Positions 1 through 9,681 of a stretch of DNA of 64,000 nt are shown piece after piece (position 1 is the first letter of the stretch; each line of letters begins with the position of its first letter). The notes under the pieces are model-generated. The model did not search any database. It saw nothing but the letters and a program-made list of their open reading frames with translations, and was not told the origin of the DNA. The stretch lies in NCBI GenBank assembly GCA_964521125.1, contig CAZFPP010000001.1, forward strand, positions 12,439 to 76,438. Reading direction: 5' to 3'. This DNA is from an uncultured Clostridia bacterium. Lineage in GTDB: Bacteria; Bacillota; Clostridia; Christensenellales; Borkfalkiaceae. Both the position numbers and the translations under genes were made by a program.

Positions 1-1
1 T

Positions 2-1141
2 TTTTTGACAGGCAAAAAGGAAGCCCACAAGCTGTTTTGCTCTGCGAGGAGACCTACCTCCCTTTAGCAGCGCCCAGCGTTCGGCGAGCGAATCAAGCGT
101 TTCAACGGAATATTTAAGCTTTACGTCTTTCGCGAGTGCGTGGACAATCGAAAGATAGTCTGCTTTATTTGTAGCGGAATATAAAACGGTGACGCCAAAA
201 CGATCGGAAAGTGAGAGAAGATCTTGCTCGTTTTCTTCGCGGTGCAAACTGTTTTCGCGGGAGGACAGGCTCTCCTCTACGATATGACGGCGGTTTGAAG
301 TTGCGACGATCATCACATTTTCCGCACGTTCTGCGCTTCCCTGCAACGCTACTTTTAACATGGAAATACGGTCGTCTTGCTCGCCGAGAGAAAAATCGTC
401 GATAAAGATGAGAAAACGTAGCGGGATGCTTGAAAGGATATCTTTTAATTTAGTTAAGTCGGCGATATTTCCTTTTGAAATTTCCACAAGGCGAAGTTTT
501 TGCGAGAAAAATGCATCCGCCATTGCGTGTACGGTAGAGGATTTTCCCGTACCTCTGTCTCCGTATAGGAGCATGTCTGAACACGGAAGCCCTTTTACAA
601 AGTTTTCGAGGTTATCGTAAACTTCTGCTTTTTCATGTTCATATCCTTTGAGATCGCCCAGCTTGACGGCGACGGGAGCGGTAATGGGAATTATCCCGAG
701 GACGGGGTCGTAACGGAATTCCGCATACGAGAGATATTTTCCATAGCCGGTGCTCTGATAATAGCCGTAGAGCAGATTCGCCGCCTTTTCGTCCCAACTT
801 TTAATGGGTGAGGCGGGACTTCCCATGGCAAAATCGGAAGAAGTAAAATCGAGCGCTTTGCCGATTTCGACTAAATCGTTGATATATGCTTTTTGAAGAA
901 AGGGCGAAATTGTTTCTCCCGCGGCGCATGTGCGCGAAAAGGCGTTTTCATCGGACAATACGACTTTGGAAACGTATTCCGAGAAGTTATTTTCCGCGCG
1001 GCGTTCAAATAACTCATGCAGAAAATTAGCGCGTGAAAGTTCCGTTGGCCTGTTTCGGTAATCCTTAAACGCGGCGATCAAAGGATCGGAAAGCATTCCC
1101 GTTAAAACGGTAAGGTTAAAATAAGTTACGCTATCGTTCAT
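2..1141 (-). CDS. AAA+ ATPase, DUF815/COG2607 family; 3' end runs off the window edge
   Basis: Absent from the ORF track because it is open at the window edge. ATG at complement 1141 and the frame stays open to nt 2. My translation gives Walker A SDMLLYGDRGTGKS (complement ~539-580) and a C-terminal ...AERWALLKGGRSPRRAKQLV resembling DUF815 ATPase tails. Confidence 0.7.
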   Translation of the reverse strand, partial: MNDSVTYFNLTVLTGMLSDPLIAAFKDYRNRPTELSRANFLHELFERRAENNFSEYVSKVVLSDENAFSRTCAAGETISPFLQKAYINDLVEIGKALDFTSSDFAMGSPASPIKSWDEKAANLLYGYYQSTGYGKYLSYAEFRYDPVLGIIPITAPVAVKLGDLKGYEHEKAEVYDNLENFVKGLPCSDMLLYGDRGTGKSSTVHAMADAFFSQKLRLVEISKGNIADLTKLKDILSSIPLRFLIFIDDFSLGEQDDRISMLKVALQGSAERAENVMIVATSNRRHIVEESLSSRENSLHREENEQDLLSLSDRFGVTVLYSATNKADYLSIVHALAKDVKLKYSVETLDSLAERWALLKGGRSPRRAKQLVGFLFACQK

Positions 1142-1232
1142 GTTTGTTGATTCCTTTTGAATTATTATAAACTTCTTTTATCAAAAAATCAACTGCTAAA
1201 ACAAGTTTTAGAAAAAACCTTTGCTCGATTGC

Positions 1233-1261
1233 TTGACGAATGCATTACGTTGCGTTATAAT
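1233..1261 (+). promoter_or_regulatory. sigmaA-type promoter of ilvC
   Basis: TTGACG (1233-1238), 17-nt spacer, TATAAT (1256-1261). GGAGG at 1290-1294 precedes the ATG at 1301. Confidence 0.6.
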
Positions 1262-1300
1262 TAAGGTATATTATACAAAAAAATACATTGGAGGCGGGTT

Positions 1301-2350
1301 ATGGCAAATAAAATATACAATCCCGAAACAGAAACAGCGAGAATTTTTCATGAGTCGGATTGCGATCTAAAACGGCTTGCAGGGAAAAAAGTCGCGGTCA
1401 TCGGATTCGGCAGCCAGGGGCATGCGCATGCGTTAAACTTAAAGGATAGCGGCGTTGACGTTGTGATCGGATTGCGCGAGGACGGTAAGAGCTATGCCGT
1501 TGCAAAAAAGGCGGGCTTTGAAGTGCTTTCTGTTAAAGAGGCGGCGGCGAAGGCAGATATCATTATGATGCTCACACCGGATGAGAAGATGGCGGACATC
1601 TATAAAGAGAGTGTCGCTCCCGTTTTAACGGAAGGGAAGTATCTTGCATTCGCGCACGGATTTAATATTCATTTTAAGCAAATCGTTCCTCCCGCTTACA
1701 TCAACGTATTTATGATCGCGCCCAAGGGCCCCGGGCATACGGTGCGCAGCGAATATCTTGAAGGACACGGCGTGCCTGATCTTGTTGCGGTTTATCAGGA
1801 TTATACGGGCGATACGATGGATATTGCGCTCGCTTATGCGCTCGGCATTGGCGGCGCGCGCGCGGGCGTTTTGGAGACGACATTCCAATGCGAAACGGAG
1901 ACCGATTTGTTCGGCGAACAGGCAGTACTCTGCGGCGGCGTGACGGCGCTCATGAAAGCGGGTTTTGAAACGCTTGTCGAAGCGGGGTACGATCCCCGTA
2001 ACGCTTATTTTGAGTGCATTCATGAAATGAAGCTCATTGTAGATCTCATTTATGCGGGCGGTTTCAAGAAAATGCGTTATTCGATTTCCGATACGGCGGA
2101 ATTCGGCGATTATGAGACCGGGAAACGTCTTATCACCGATGAAACGAAAAAAGAGATGAAAAAAGTACTTGCCGAGATCCAAGACGGTACGTTTGCTTCC
2201 AAGTGGATAACCGAAAACAAGAGCGGCGGAAGAGCGCACTTTAACGCTTGTCGCGAAAAGGAAGCGAGCCACGAATTGGAGAAAGTGGGCGAGGAGCTTC
2301 GCCGGCTGTATTCCTGGAACAAAGAGGACAAGTACAGCGAAACGAAGTAG
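1301..2350 (+). CDS. ilvC: ketol-acid reductoisomerase
   Basis: 349-aa ORF with N-terminal Rossmann [21 protein letters not shown] and class I KARI length and layout. Confidence 0.95.
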   Translation: MANKIYNPETETARIFHESDCDLKRLAGKKVAVIGFGSQGHAHALNLKDSGVDVVIGLREDGKSYAVAKKAGFEVLSVKEAAAKADIIMMLTPDEKMADIYKESVAPVLTEGKYLAFAHGFNIHFKQIVPPAYINVFMIAPKGPGHTVRSEYLEGHGVPDLVAVYQDYTGDTMDIALAYALGIGGARAGVLETTFQCETETDLFGEQAVLCGGVTALMKAGFETLVEAGYDPRNAYFECIHEMKLIVDLIYAGGFKKMRYSISDTAEFGDYETGKRLITDETKKEMKKVLAEIQDGTFASKWITENKSGGRAHFNACREKEASHELEKVGEELRRLYSWNKEDKYSETK

Positions 2351-2410
2351 ATCATTTTTTATATAATAAAGTCTTCGTCGGAAGTACATGGCAACGATCG
2401 TTGAGTAGAG

Positions 2411-2446
2411 AAAAACAAGGCGCAGATTCAGTTGCGCCTTGTTTTC
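2411..2446. terminator. bidirectional intrinsic terminator between convergent ilvC and serA
   Basis: 10-bp stem ACAAGGCGCA / TGCGCCTTGT (2415-2424 / 2433-2442), flanked by an A-run upstream and a T-run downstream. Confidence 0.75.
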
Positions 2447-2459
2447 TATTGAAGGATTT

Positions 2460-3611
2460 TTACAAAACTCTGACCCGCATGACGCCTGCGACGCTACGTA
2501 GCAGTTCAATACACGCCGCTCTGGGTTTTTCATCGAGATCAAGGATGAGATAGGCGTATTCGCCGCGGCTCTGGTCCTGAATGTGCGCCACATTGATTCC
2601 TTGCGAAGCGATGATGGAAAGTAATTTTGAAAGAATTTCTTTAATATTTTTATGGTGAACGCAAACGCGCGCCGCACTTGTTTTAGGCATGGAGACGGAC
2701 GGATAGTTGACGCTGTTGGTAATATTTCCGTTCTCCAAATAATCAACAAGTTGTTTCGCCGCCATATAAGCGCAGTTGTCTTCCGCTTCCGGCGTGCTTG
2801 CGCCAAGGTGAGGTACGCAGAGAATATTTTCTTTTCCGAGTAGAGACTCTTCGGGAAAATCGGTAATATAGCGCGCAATCTTTCCGCTTGCTACGGCGTT
2901 TACAATATCGCCGCTTACGGCAAGCTCACCGCGGGCATTATTGATGATGACGACGCCGTTTTTGCACTTCTCCAGCGTTTTTGCATTGATCATGCCTTTG
3001 GTTTCGGACGTGAGGGGAACGTGCAACGTAATATAATCGCAATTTGCGAAGATTTCATTTAAGTCGGAAGTAAACTCTACGCGGTGATTGATGAGCCAGG
3101 CATTTTTTACGGAAAGGAAGGGATCGTATCCCGCAACGGACATTCCCAACTCGATCGCGGCATTTGCGACCATTGCGCCGATTGCGCCAAGACCGATTAC
3201 GCCCAGCCGTTTTCCAAGCACTTCCTGCCCGGCAAAAGCAGCTTTTCCTTTTTCTACGAGTTTGGCTACGTCTTCCTTTCCTTGCAGCGTTTGGACCCAA
3301 TTAGCGGCGTCGAAGATTTTTCTCCCGCCGAGGAACAGCTCACATAGTACAAGCTCTTTCACGGCATTGGCATTTGCTCCGGGCGTATTGAACACGACGA
3401 TTCCGTGCTCCGTACATTTTTCGATGGGGATATTGTTTGTGCCTGCGCCTGCTCTCGCAACGGCGAGCAGATTATCTCCGAGAGAATAGTCGTGCATGGA
3501 ATAGGAGCGGAGGATGATTCCTTCCGGATTTTCCGCACTGTCGGAATATTCGTAACCTTTGAATACGGTATCGGCGACGGGGCTGATCGCGTTTAACTTT
3601 AAAACTTTCAT
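2460..3611 (-). CDS. serA: D-3-phosphoglycerate dehydrogenase with C-terminal ACT-like domain
   Basis: 383-aa ORF with the 2-hydroxyacid dehydrogenase NAD fold (LGVIGLGAIGAMVA). It starts immediately after the serC stop (3611/3612). Confidence 0.9.
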   Translation of the reverse strand: MKVLKLNAISPVADTVFKGYEYSDSAENPEGIILRSYSMHDYSLGDNLLAVARAGAGTNNIPIEKCTEHGIVVFNTPGANANAVKELVLCELFLGGRKIFDAANWVQTLQGKEDVAKLVEKGKAAFAGQEVLGKRLGVIGLGAIGAMVANAAIELGMSVAGYDPFLSVKNAWLINHRVEFTSDLNEIFANCDYITLHVPLTSETKGMINAKTLEKCKNGVVIINNARGELAVSGDIVNAVASGKIARYITDFPEESLLGKENILCVPHLGASTPEAEDNCAYMAAKQLVDYLENGNITNSVNYPSVSMPKTSAARVCVHHKNIKEILSKLLSIIASQGINVAHIQDQSRGEYAYLILDLDEKPRAACIELLRSVAGVMRVRVL

Positions 3612-4685
3612 TTATGCATTCTCCCTTTCAAACTCTTTCATATATTCGATCAGCGCCTGTACCCCTTCTACGGGCATAGCGTTGTATATGGAAGCGCGCA
3701 TGCCTCCCACGAGACGGTGTCCTTTCAACGAAACGAGACCTTTTTGCGCCGCTCCTTTCACGAAAGCGGCGTCGAGATCTTCGCTCGGCGTGACAAAGGG
3801 AACGTTCATAATCGAGCGGTATTTCTTTTCGACTTTATTGGTATAGAACGGGGAATTGTCGATAAAGTCATAAAGCAGCCCCGCTTTGTATTCGTCGATC
3901 TCATTGATCGCCTTGACGCCGCCCGTCTTTTGAAGTCTTCGTAAAACGAGCGTCGCTATGTAAATGGAAAAGCAAGGGGGAGTATTGTAAAGACTTTTAT
4001 TCTCGTCCTGTACTTTCCATTGCAACATGGTGGGACAGATGGAAAGGGGCTGTTGAATGAGCGACCGCTTTGCAATGACGATGGTAACGCCTGCGGGAGC
4101 AAGATTTTTCTGCGCGCCCGCATAAATAACGCCGAATTTGCTCACGTCGATCTCGCGGGAGAGAATTTCAGACGACATGTCGGCAACGAGAGGCGCTTGC
4201 GTTTGTGGAAATTCAACATAGCGCGTGCCGAAAATCGTGTTGTTGGAACAGATATGTACATAATCCGTTCCCTCGCGGAAGGCGATCTTTTCAACATCGG
4301 GAATATAGGTATACGTTTTATCTTCGGAAGAGGCGATTTTCACCGCGTCTCCGTAGATTTTCCCCTCTTGAAAGGCTTTTTTGGCAAAATTGCCCGTTAC
4401 AATGTAATCGGCTTTCCCCTTGTGCATGAGATTAAGGGGAACGGCGGCAAATTGCGTACTTGCGCCGCCCTGCACAAAGAGAACGGCATAGTCGTCGGGA
4501 ATACGCAAAAGACTTCTCAAAAGCGCTTCGCCTTCATTCACAATTTCTTCAAATTTTTTGTTACGGTGGGATATTTCAGTAACGGACATCCCCGTCCCTT
4601 GGAAATCCAGTAATTCGCGCTGCGCCTCTTCGAGTACGTCAAGGGGTAGCGCCGAAGGTCCGGCGGAAAAGTTATACGCTCTCAT
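3612..4685 (-). CDS. serC: phosphoserine aminotransferase
   Basis: N-terminus MRAYNFSAGPSALP is the SerC signature. The track start at 4688 is GTG; the ATG at 4685 lies 5 nt after GAGGTG, so I prefer 4685. Confidence 0.92.
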   Translation of the reverse strand: MRAYNFSAGPSALPLDVLEEAQRELLDFQGTGMSVTEISHRNKKFEEIVNEGEALLRSLLRIPDDYAVLFVQGGASTQFAAVPLNLMHKGKADYIVTGNFAKKAFQEGKIYGDAVKIASSEDKTYTYIPDVEKIAFREGTDYVHICSNNTIFGTRYVEFPQTQAPLVADMSSEILSREIDVSKFGVIYAGAQKNLAPAGVTIVIAKRSLIQQPLSICPTMLQWKVQDENKSLYNTPPCFSIYIATLVLRRLQKTGGVKAINEIDEYKAGLLYDFIDNSPFYTNKVEKKYRSIMNVPFVTPSEDLDAAFVKGAAQKGLVSLKGHRLVGGMRASIYNAMPVEGVQALIEYMKEFERENA

Positions 4686-4738
4686 CACAACACCTCATTT
4701 TATGGAAATTTACCGAATAAATATTCGATAATACTGCT

Positions 4739-4767
4739 ATTATATACAAAGTTTTTGCATTTGGCAA
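4739..4767 (-). promoter_or_regulatory. sigmaA-type promoter of serC-serA
   Basis: Read on the minus strand: TTGCCA (4767-4762), 17-nt spacer, TATAAT (4744-4739). Confidence 0.55.
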
Positions 4768-5012
4768 GCGTTTGAAACACTTTTATAAATTTTTTTTGCT
4801 TTTCGGCGTGCGGGAAGAAAATTTGTAAAAATGTTTCCGAAAGATATTTACTTTTTTCATTTTTTGGTGTAAAATAAATCTTAGAATTGATACCGCACAA
4901 GCGGTTTGAAAAATATGATAATAAAATCGGAAGCGCTGAACCGATCAACGGGAAGGGAGCAAAATGCTCTCTCATTTTGTCGTAATTCGGGAGCTTGAGA
5001 AAGGAGTTATAT

Positions 5013-7064
5013 TTGGATAGTAAAAAAACAAACAGTCAAACGGAAGCAAAAAATGCAATTGAACTTGCCATTTTAAACGGAATAGAGGCGTATAATCGCG
5101 AACAGACGAAAAAGGGAAACGACGTCGGGATGCGACAGCCGGAAACGATCAGTCTTGGCGAGATGACGAGTAAAGAAGCCATGGAAGCGGCAGGGTTTAA
5201 AACCAGTCGCAAATCCCGTGCCAAAGGGAGAGGGACGAAGATCTCTTCCGGTCAGAAGACGCAGCCTGAAAAAGTTAAAACAAACACGGACAGCGAACAA
5301 TATGCGTCAAAGACAAACGCATCGTCTGCGGCGAAGAAAAGTACGGTTAGCGAATTTCAAAGAACACCCACGGCAAACAAAAACGATAAACAGCTTTCGA
5401 ATAGAAAGGCAAAGAAGAAACAGCCTGTAAAAATTTTGTTTTTCGGCGGCGTTGGCGAAATTGGGAAGAACATGACCGCCATTGAATACGGAAACGATAT
5501 CATTATTATAGACGCCGGGATTATTTTCCCGACGGAAGAGATGCCCGGCATCGATCTCGTATTTCCGGATATCACTTATTTGGTACAGAACAAAAATAAA
5601 ATCCGCGGCGTCTTTTTAACGCACGGTCATGAGGATCACATAGGCGGCGTTCCTTATTTGATGAAGGAAATCAATCCCGATACTCCCGTTTACGGCACCA
5701 AACTGACGCTTGCTCTTACCGACAATAAATTGCGCGAGCATCGCCTAAATAATGTGAAAGAGTGCACCGTTGTTCCGGGCGATTGTATAAAAGCGGGCGC
5801 ATTTACAGTAAATTTTGTCAACGTTAACCATTCCATTGCCGGAGCGCTCGCGTTGGCAATAGAAACGCCTTACGGAATTATTTTCCACAGCGGGGATTTT
5901 AAAATCGATTTAACGCCCGTTGCCGGAGCGCCGATCGATCTCGGGGAGATCGCCGAATACGGAAAGAAGGGCGTCTTGCTCTATCTCGGCGAATCTACCA
6001 ATATCGAACGCGCAGGGTATACCATGAGCGAAAAGGTCGTTGGTACGACGTTAGAGCACCTTTTTGCAGAGAATGCAGACAGACGTTTGATTGTTGCCAC
6101 CTTTGCTTCCAATGTGCATCGTTTACAACAGATCATCGATATTGCGGTAAAATACCATAGAAAAGTTGCGCTTTCGGGGCGGAGCATGTTCAATGTTGTG
6201 GAAGCTGCGGTGAGAATCGGCGAGCTATCCATTCCCGAAGGAGCTCTCGTTGACGTGGAAAAGACTAAGAATTTTTTCGACAGAGAGATCGTTATTGTCT
6301 CTACCGGCTCGCAAGGAGAGCCGATGAGCGCGCTTACCCGCATGGCGTCGGGCGAATTTAACAAGATTACGATCGGTTCGAACGACACGATCATCATTTC
6401 TGCAAGTCCTATTCCCGGGAACGAACGCATGATCTATCGTGTAATCAACAATCTGTATAAAAAAGGCGCGAATGTCGTGTATGAAAGCCTGGAAAAAATA
6501 CACGTTTCGGGGCATGCCTGCCAGGAAGAGCATAAGATTATGCATTCGCTGTTAAAACCTAAGTTTTTTATTCCGGTTCACGGAGAGTATCGCCATTTAA
6601 AACGTCATGCTTTGCTTGCAGAGGAGATGGGAATGCCGTCTTCGCGAATCTTTATCCCCGATATCGGAACGTGCGTAGAGATCACAGATGAATCGCTCAA
6701 ACAAGGCGAGAGCTTCCCCGCAGGCGCGCGTCTCATCGACGGCGAAGGTTTTGAAGATTACGGAACGAGCGAGGTTTTAAAAGATAGGTTGCGTATGTCG
6801 GGCGAGGGCGTGTTTATCGTCACGGCGGCGATATCGGGCGGCGTTTTGCTCGGTGATCCCGTGATCGAGAGCAGAGGGTTTGTCTTTTCGGAAGAGCGCG
6901 ATTATATGCGAGAGCTTAGAGACGTAGTTGATAAGGCGATCGAGAGCTGTCCCCATATCGATTCGAACGAGTTGGGAGCGGCGATTAAACGCGCAATGAA
7001 GAGTTATCTCTTTAAAAAGACAAAGCAGTCGCCTATGATCATTCCGATTATACAGGAATTGTAA
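5013..7064 (+). CDS. rnj: ribonuclease J (beta-CASP metallo-beta-lactamase) with a ~140-aa Lys/Ser/Thr-rich N-terminal extension
   Basis: Track ORF 4995..7064. Motifs GGVGEIGKNM and HGHEDHIGG are present. TTG at 5013 lies 6 nt after AAGGAG (5001-5006). The start is uncertain (4995, 5013 or ATG 5130). Confidence 0.9.
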   Translation: MDSKKTNSQTEAKNAIELAILNGIEAYNREQTKKGNDVGMRQPETISLGEMTSKEAMEAAGFKTSRKSRAKGRGTKISSGQKTQPEKVKTNTDSEQYASKTNASSAAKKSTVSEFQRTPTANKNDKQLSNRKAKKKQPVKILFFGGVGEIGKNMTAIEYGNDIIIIDAGIIFPTEEMPGIDLVFPDITYLVQNKNKIRGVFLTHGHEDHIGGVPYLMKEINPDTPVYGTKLTLALTDNKLREHRLNNVKECTVVPGDCIKAGAFTVNFVNVNHSIAGALALAIETPYGIIFHSGDFKIDLTPVAGAPIDLGEIAEYGKKGVLLYLGESTNIERAGYTMSEKVVGTTLEHLFAENADRRLIVATFASNVHRLQQIIDIAVKYHRKVALSGRSMFNVVEAAVRIGELSIPEGALVDVEKTKNFFDREIVIVSTGSQGEPMSALTRMASGEFNKITIGSNDTIIISASPIPGNERMIYRVINNLYKKGANVVYESLEKIHVSGHACQEEHKIMHSLLKPKFFIPVHGEYRHLKRHALLAEEMGMPSSRIFIPDIGTCVEITDESLKQGESFPAGARLIDGEGFEDYGTSEVLKDRLRMSGEGVFIVTAAISGGVLLGDPVIESRGFVFSEERDYMRELRDVVDKAIESCPHIDSNELGAAIKRAMKSYLFKKTKQSPMIIPIIQEL

Positions 7065-7091
7065 AAAAGCCGCGTTTTTGCGCGGTTTTTT
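7065..7091 (+). terminator. intrinsic terminator after rnj
   Basis: Hairpin AAAAGCCGCG-loop-CGCGGTTTTT directly after the TAA at 7062-7064, followed by a T-run. Confidence 0.6.
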
Positions 7092-7111
7092 GAGAGTAAA
7101 GGAAAATCAAA

Positions 7112-7780
7112 ATGGAAAAAAACAGTTCAAAACATCTTTGGAGCATTATTCTTGTTGTCTTAATGGAGATTGCAATCGTCGCTTGTGCGGTGGTGGCATT
7201 TGTGCTTGAATATTGGGCGCTTGGAATTGTCGCTTGCGTCGGATTTCTCGCCGTACTGTGGCTCTTGATAGGTGTTTTGCGCTTACAGACGCAGCTCGCG
7301 GCGTTTGAAGCATGTTTAAAAGGACGCGATCTCGACGGCGCGGAAAGGGCGGTAAACATTATTCGGGGGAGTAAGATCTTCTATCCCATCATGCGCTTTT
7401 CTCTCTTTCGCGTTACGTTGCTTTTATGTATGGCGAAAGACGAGCTTGATGAGGCAAAAAAGTCTATCTTGCGCATCCGCCGCGATGGAGGGGTCGGTTG
7501 GAAATACAGAACGGCATATTATACCATACTTATTGCGCTTGACGAGGGCGACATTTCCCTCGCACGCTCGGAATATGAGGATTTCCGTTTGCATAATCAA
7601 GGAGTGGAACTTTATAAAGAACAACTTGAAGTGCTTGACGCGCTGTTCGGGCGGTTATTTACTCATAACGATACACCGCTTCCGGAATCGGTCGGAAAGT
7701 CGGTTTTTCCGGTCGTTCACCGGATTTTAGGCAAGCATTTCGAAGAGCAGGCGGCTGCAAGTCCCGTTGAGTGGAATTGA
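7112..7780 (+). CDS. membrane protein of unknown function (two N-terminal TM helices plus a helical cytoplasmic domain)
   Basis: 222-aa ORF. Hydrophobic stretches WSIILVVLMEIAIVACAVVAFVL and LGIVACVGFLAVLWLLIGVL. Its stop TGA (7778-7780) is 1 nt before the next ATG. Confidence 0.6.
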   Translation: MEKNSSKHLWSIILVVLMEIAIVACAVVAFVLEYWALGIVACVGFLAVLWLLIGVLRLQTQLAAFEACLKGRDLDGAERAVNIIRGSKIFYPIMRFSLFRVTLLLCMAKDELDEAKKSILRIRRDGGVGWKYRTAYYTILIALDEGDISLARSEYEDFRLHNQGVELYKEQLEVLDALFGRLFTHNDTPLPESVGKSVFPVVHRILGKHFEEQAAASPVEWN

Positions 7781-7781
7781 T

Positions 7782-8393
7782 ATGGCGACGGATAGAAAGT
7801 TTGTTGAAGAAATGATGCTCGATCCCCGCCTTGCCGCCATGCGGGAAACGGCGAAACAGGGGCGTGATCCGACGGCGACAGATGAAACGCTCGAGTACAT
7901 TTTAAATGCAATCAGAGAGCTTTCTCCCGCTCGTATTCTTGAGATCGGAGCGGCGGAAGGACTCACTTCATGCGCTATGCTATTGAGCTGTAAAGCGCAG
8001 CTTACGGCAATCGAATTGGATGCGAAACGCGCAAGACGCGCGCGGGAGCATTTCCGTCTGTTCGGGGTGGAAAAACGCGTAACGTTTCATGAAGGAGACG
8101 CAGGAGAGATCCTGCCCATGCTGGAAGGGAAATACGATCTCATCTTCCTCGACGGACCCAAAGTGCAGTATTTAAAGTATCTTCCCGATTGCAAGCGACT
8201 TTTAAAAACGGGCGGCGTATTGCTTTCGGACGACGTGCTTTTGTTCGGATGGGTTCGGGGAGAACCGCCGAAAAAGCGCAGAATGCTTGTAGAGCATATC
8301 CGTGAATATCTTTGCGCTTTGCAAAGCGATAAAGAATTTGAAACGCAGATCCTTGAAATCGGAGAGGGCTTGGCGGTCAGTAAAAAAATATAA
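7782..8393 (+). CDS. class I SAM-dependent O-methyltransferase, YrrM/TrmR-like
   Basis: SAM motif ILEIGAAEGLTS. Synteny with the downstream U32 peptidase matches the B. subtilis yrrM-yrrN/O arrangement. ATG at 7782 chosen because it directly follows the upstream stop. Confidence 0.75.
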   Translation: MATDRKFVEEMMLDPRLAAMRETAKQGRDPTATDETLEYILNAIRELSPARILEIGAAEGLTSCAMLLSCKAQLTAIELDAKRARRAREHFRLFGVEKRVTFHEGDAGEILPMLEGKYDLIFLDGPKVQYLKYLPDCKRLLKTGGVLLSDDVLLFGWVRGEPPKKRRMLVEHIREYLCALQSDKEFETQILEIGEGLAVSKKI

Positions 8394-8403
8394 GGAATAT
8401 ATT

Positions 8404-9642
8404 ATGAATCAACCCGAATTGCTCGCACCTGCGGGCAATCTGCAAAAATTGAAGCTTGCGTTTACATTCGGCGCGGACGCGGTTTACGTTGGCGGGAAGG
8501 CGTTCTCGTTGCGTACGTTCGCCGATAATTTCACCGACGAAGAACTTGCCGAAGGAATCTCTTATGCACATGAGAGAGGGAAAAAAGTATACGTAGCGGC
8601 AAACATTTATGCTCGAAACGCCGATTTCAACCGTTTGGAATCGTATTTTCGTTTTCTGGAAGAAATTAAGGCGGACGCGGCGCTTATTTCCGATTTAGGA
8701 GCGTTTCGTCTCTGCCGCAAAGTCGCGCCGAATTTATCCGTTCACGTTTCCACGCAGGCGAATACGACGAACGCGCATTCTGCCGCCGTGTGGAAGGAGC
8801 TGGGCGCAAGTCGTGTCGTTTTGGCGCGCGAACTTTCCTTGCGGGAGATCGCGGAAATTCACGAACAAAATCCCGATTTGGAGTTGGAAGCGTTTGTGCA
8901 CGGAGCGATGTGTATTTCATACAGCGGAAGATGTCTGCTTTCAGACTATCTCGACGGGCGTTCTTCCAATCGCGGGGCATGCGTACAGGCATGTCGGTTT
9001 GAATATGAGATCCGCGCGCGGGAACGAGAGGATAAGGGGTGGCTTTCTGTGGGCGAGGATGGAAAGGGAACGTTTTTTCTTAACAGTAAGGATTTGAACA
9101 TGAGCGAGCATTTGGGAGCCTTACAAAGAGCGGGGGTGTGTTCTTTCAAAATTGAGGGAAGAATGAAAAGCGAATACTACCTTGCTACCGTCGTGAACGC
9201 GTATCGCCGCATTTTAGACGGGGGGTATTCGGAAACGCTCGGGGAAGAATTGAAATGCGCCGCTCACCGCGCTTATACTACCGCTTATGCTTTGGGCGAA
9301 AACAAAGAAACCATCTCTTACGACAATTCGCAGACCAAAGGAACGTGTGAATTTATTGCTGTTGTGACCGACTATAAGGACGGTCGCGTATATGCGGAAA
9401 TGAGGAACCGCTTTTATGAGGGCGACGTTTTGGAGATTTTGTCTCCTTCGGAAAGTTTTGGGAAGTCTGTTTCCGTGACGGGACTCAAAGATCAAGCGGG
9501 GGAGAGCTGCTCAGACGCTAAGCGCGTGCAGGAAATTTATTCGTTTTTTTGTTCTTATCCCGTTCGGGCGGGGGATATTTTCAGGAGAAGAAAACAAAAT
9601 GTAGCGGGTGGATGTATTTCGAATTATATCGAAATGAAATAG
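8404..9642 (+). CDS. peptidase U32 family protein (YrrO/TrhP-like, tRNA 5-hydroxyuridine pathway)
   Basis: MNQPELLAPAGNLQKLKLAFTFGADAVYVGG is a typical U32 N-terminus. The track start at 8302 overlaps the previous gene; the ATG at 8404 follows AAGGAA. Confidence 0.85.
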   Translation: MNQPELLAPAGNLQKLKLAFTFGADAVYVGGKAFSLRTFADNFTDEELAEGISYAHERGKKVYVAANIYARNADFNRLESYFRFLEEIKADAALISDLGAFRLCRKVAPNLSVHVSTQANTTNAHSAAVWKELGASRVVLARELSLREIAEIHEQNPDLELEAFVHGAMCISYSGRCLLSDYLDGRSSNRGACVQACRFEYEIRAREREDKGWLSVGEDGKGTFFLNSKDLNMSEHLGALQRAGVCSFKIEGRMKSEYYLATVVNAYRRILDGGYSETLGEELKCAAHRAYTTAYALGENKETISYDNSQTKGTCEFIAVVTDYKDGRVYAEMRNRFYEGDVLEILSPSESFGKSVSVTGLKDQAGESCSDAKRVQEIYSFFCSYPVRAGDIFRRRKQNVAGGCISNYIEMK

Positions 9643-9681
9643 TATAATCAAACGGTGGAATATTGCCTCATATAATGAGGT

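Noticed and set aside
1625-2878. A 417-aa minus-strand ORF spans the antisense of ilvC, the ilvC-serA terminator, and an alternative frame of the serA 3' end.
   Set aside because: The translation is Arg/Phe/Ile-rich and low in information, with no RBS and no motif. It crosses a strong bidirectional terminator and overlaps two confidently called genes. It looks like a typical shadow ORF.
8302-8403. Long N-terminal extensions proposed by the ORF track. Examples are 8302 (U32), 25170 (glgB), 35616 (recombinase), 53457 (nusB), 55306 (spoIIIAF), 16363 (dapA), 61053 (GH51) and 42305 (scpA).
   Set aside because: In each case the extension overlaps the upstream gene, terminator or promoter and lacks an RBS. 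A downstream start has a good Shine-Dalgarno and reproduces the conserved family N-terminus.
8377-8571. A minus-strand ORF begins MCIRDS, the well-known translation of the Nextera/Tn5 mosaic-end adapter (AGATGTGTATAAGAGACAG). This hints at adapter contamination or a chimeric join.
   Set aside because: The actual DNA (complement of ~8555-8571) is ATGTGCATAAGAGATTC, which matches only about 13 of 19 adapter positions. It lies in frame inside the conserved U32 peptidase segment EGISYAHERGKKVY on the plus strand. It is a coincidence, not an adapter.
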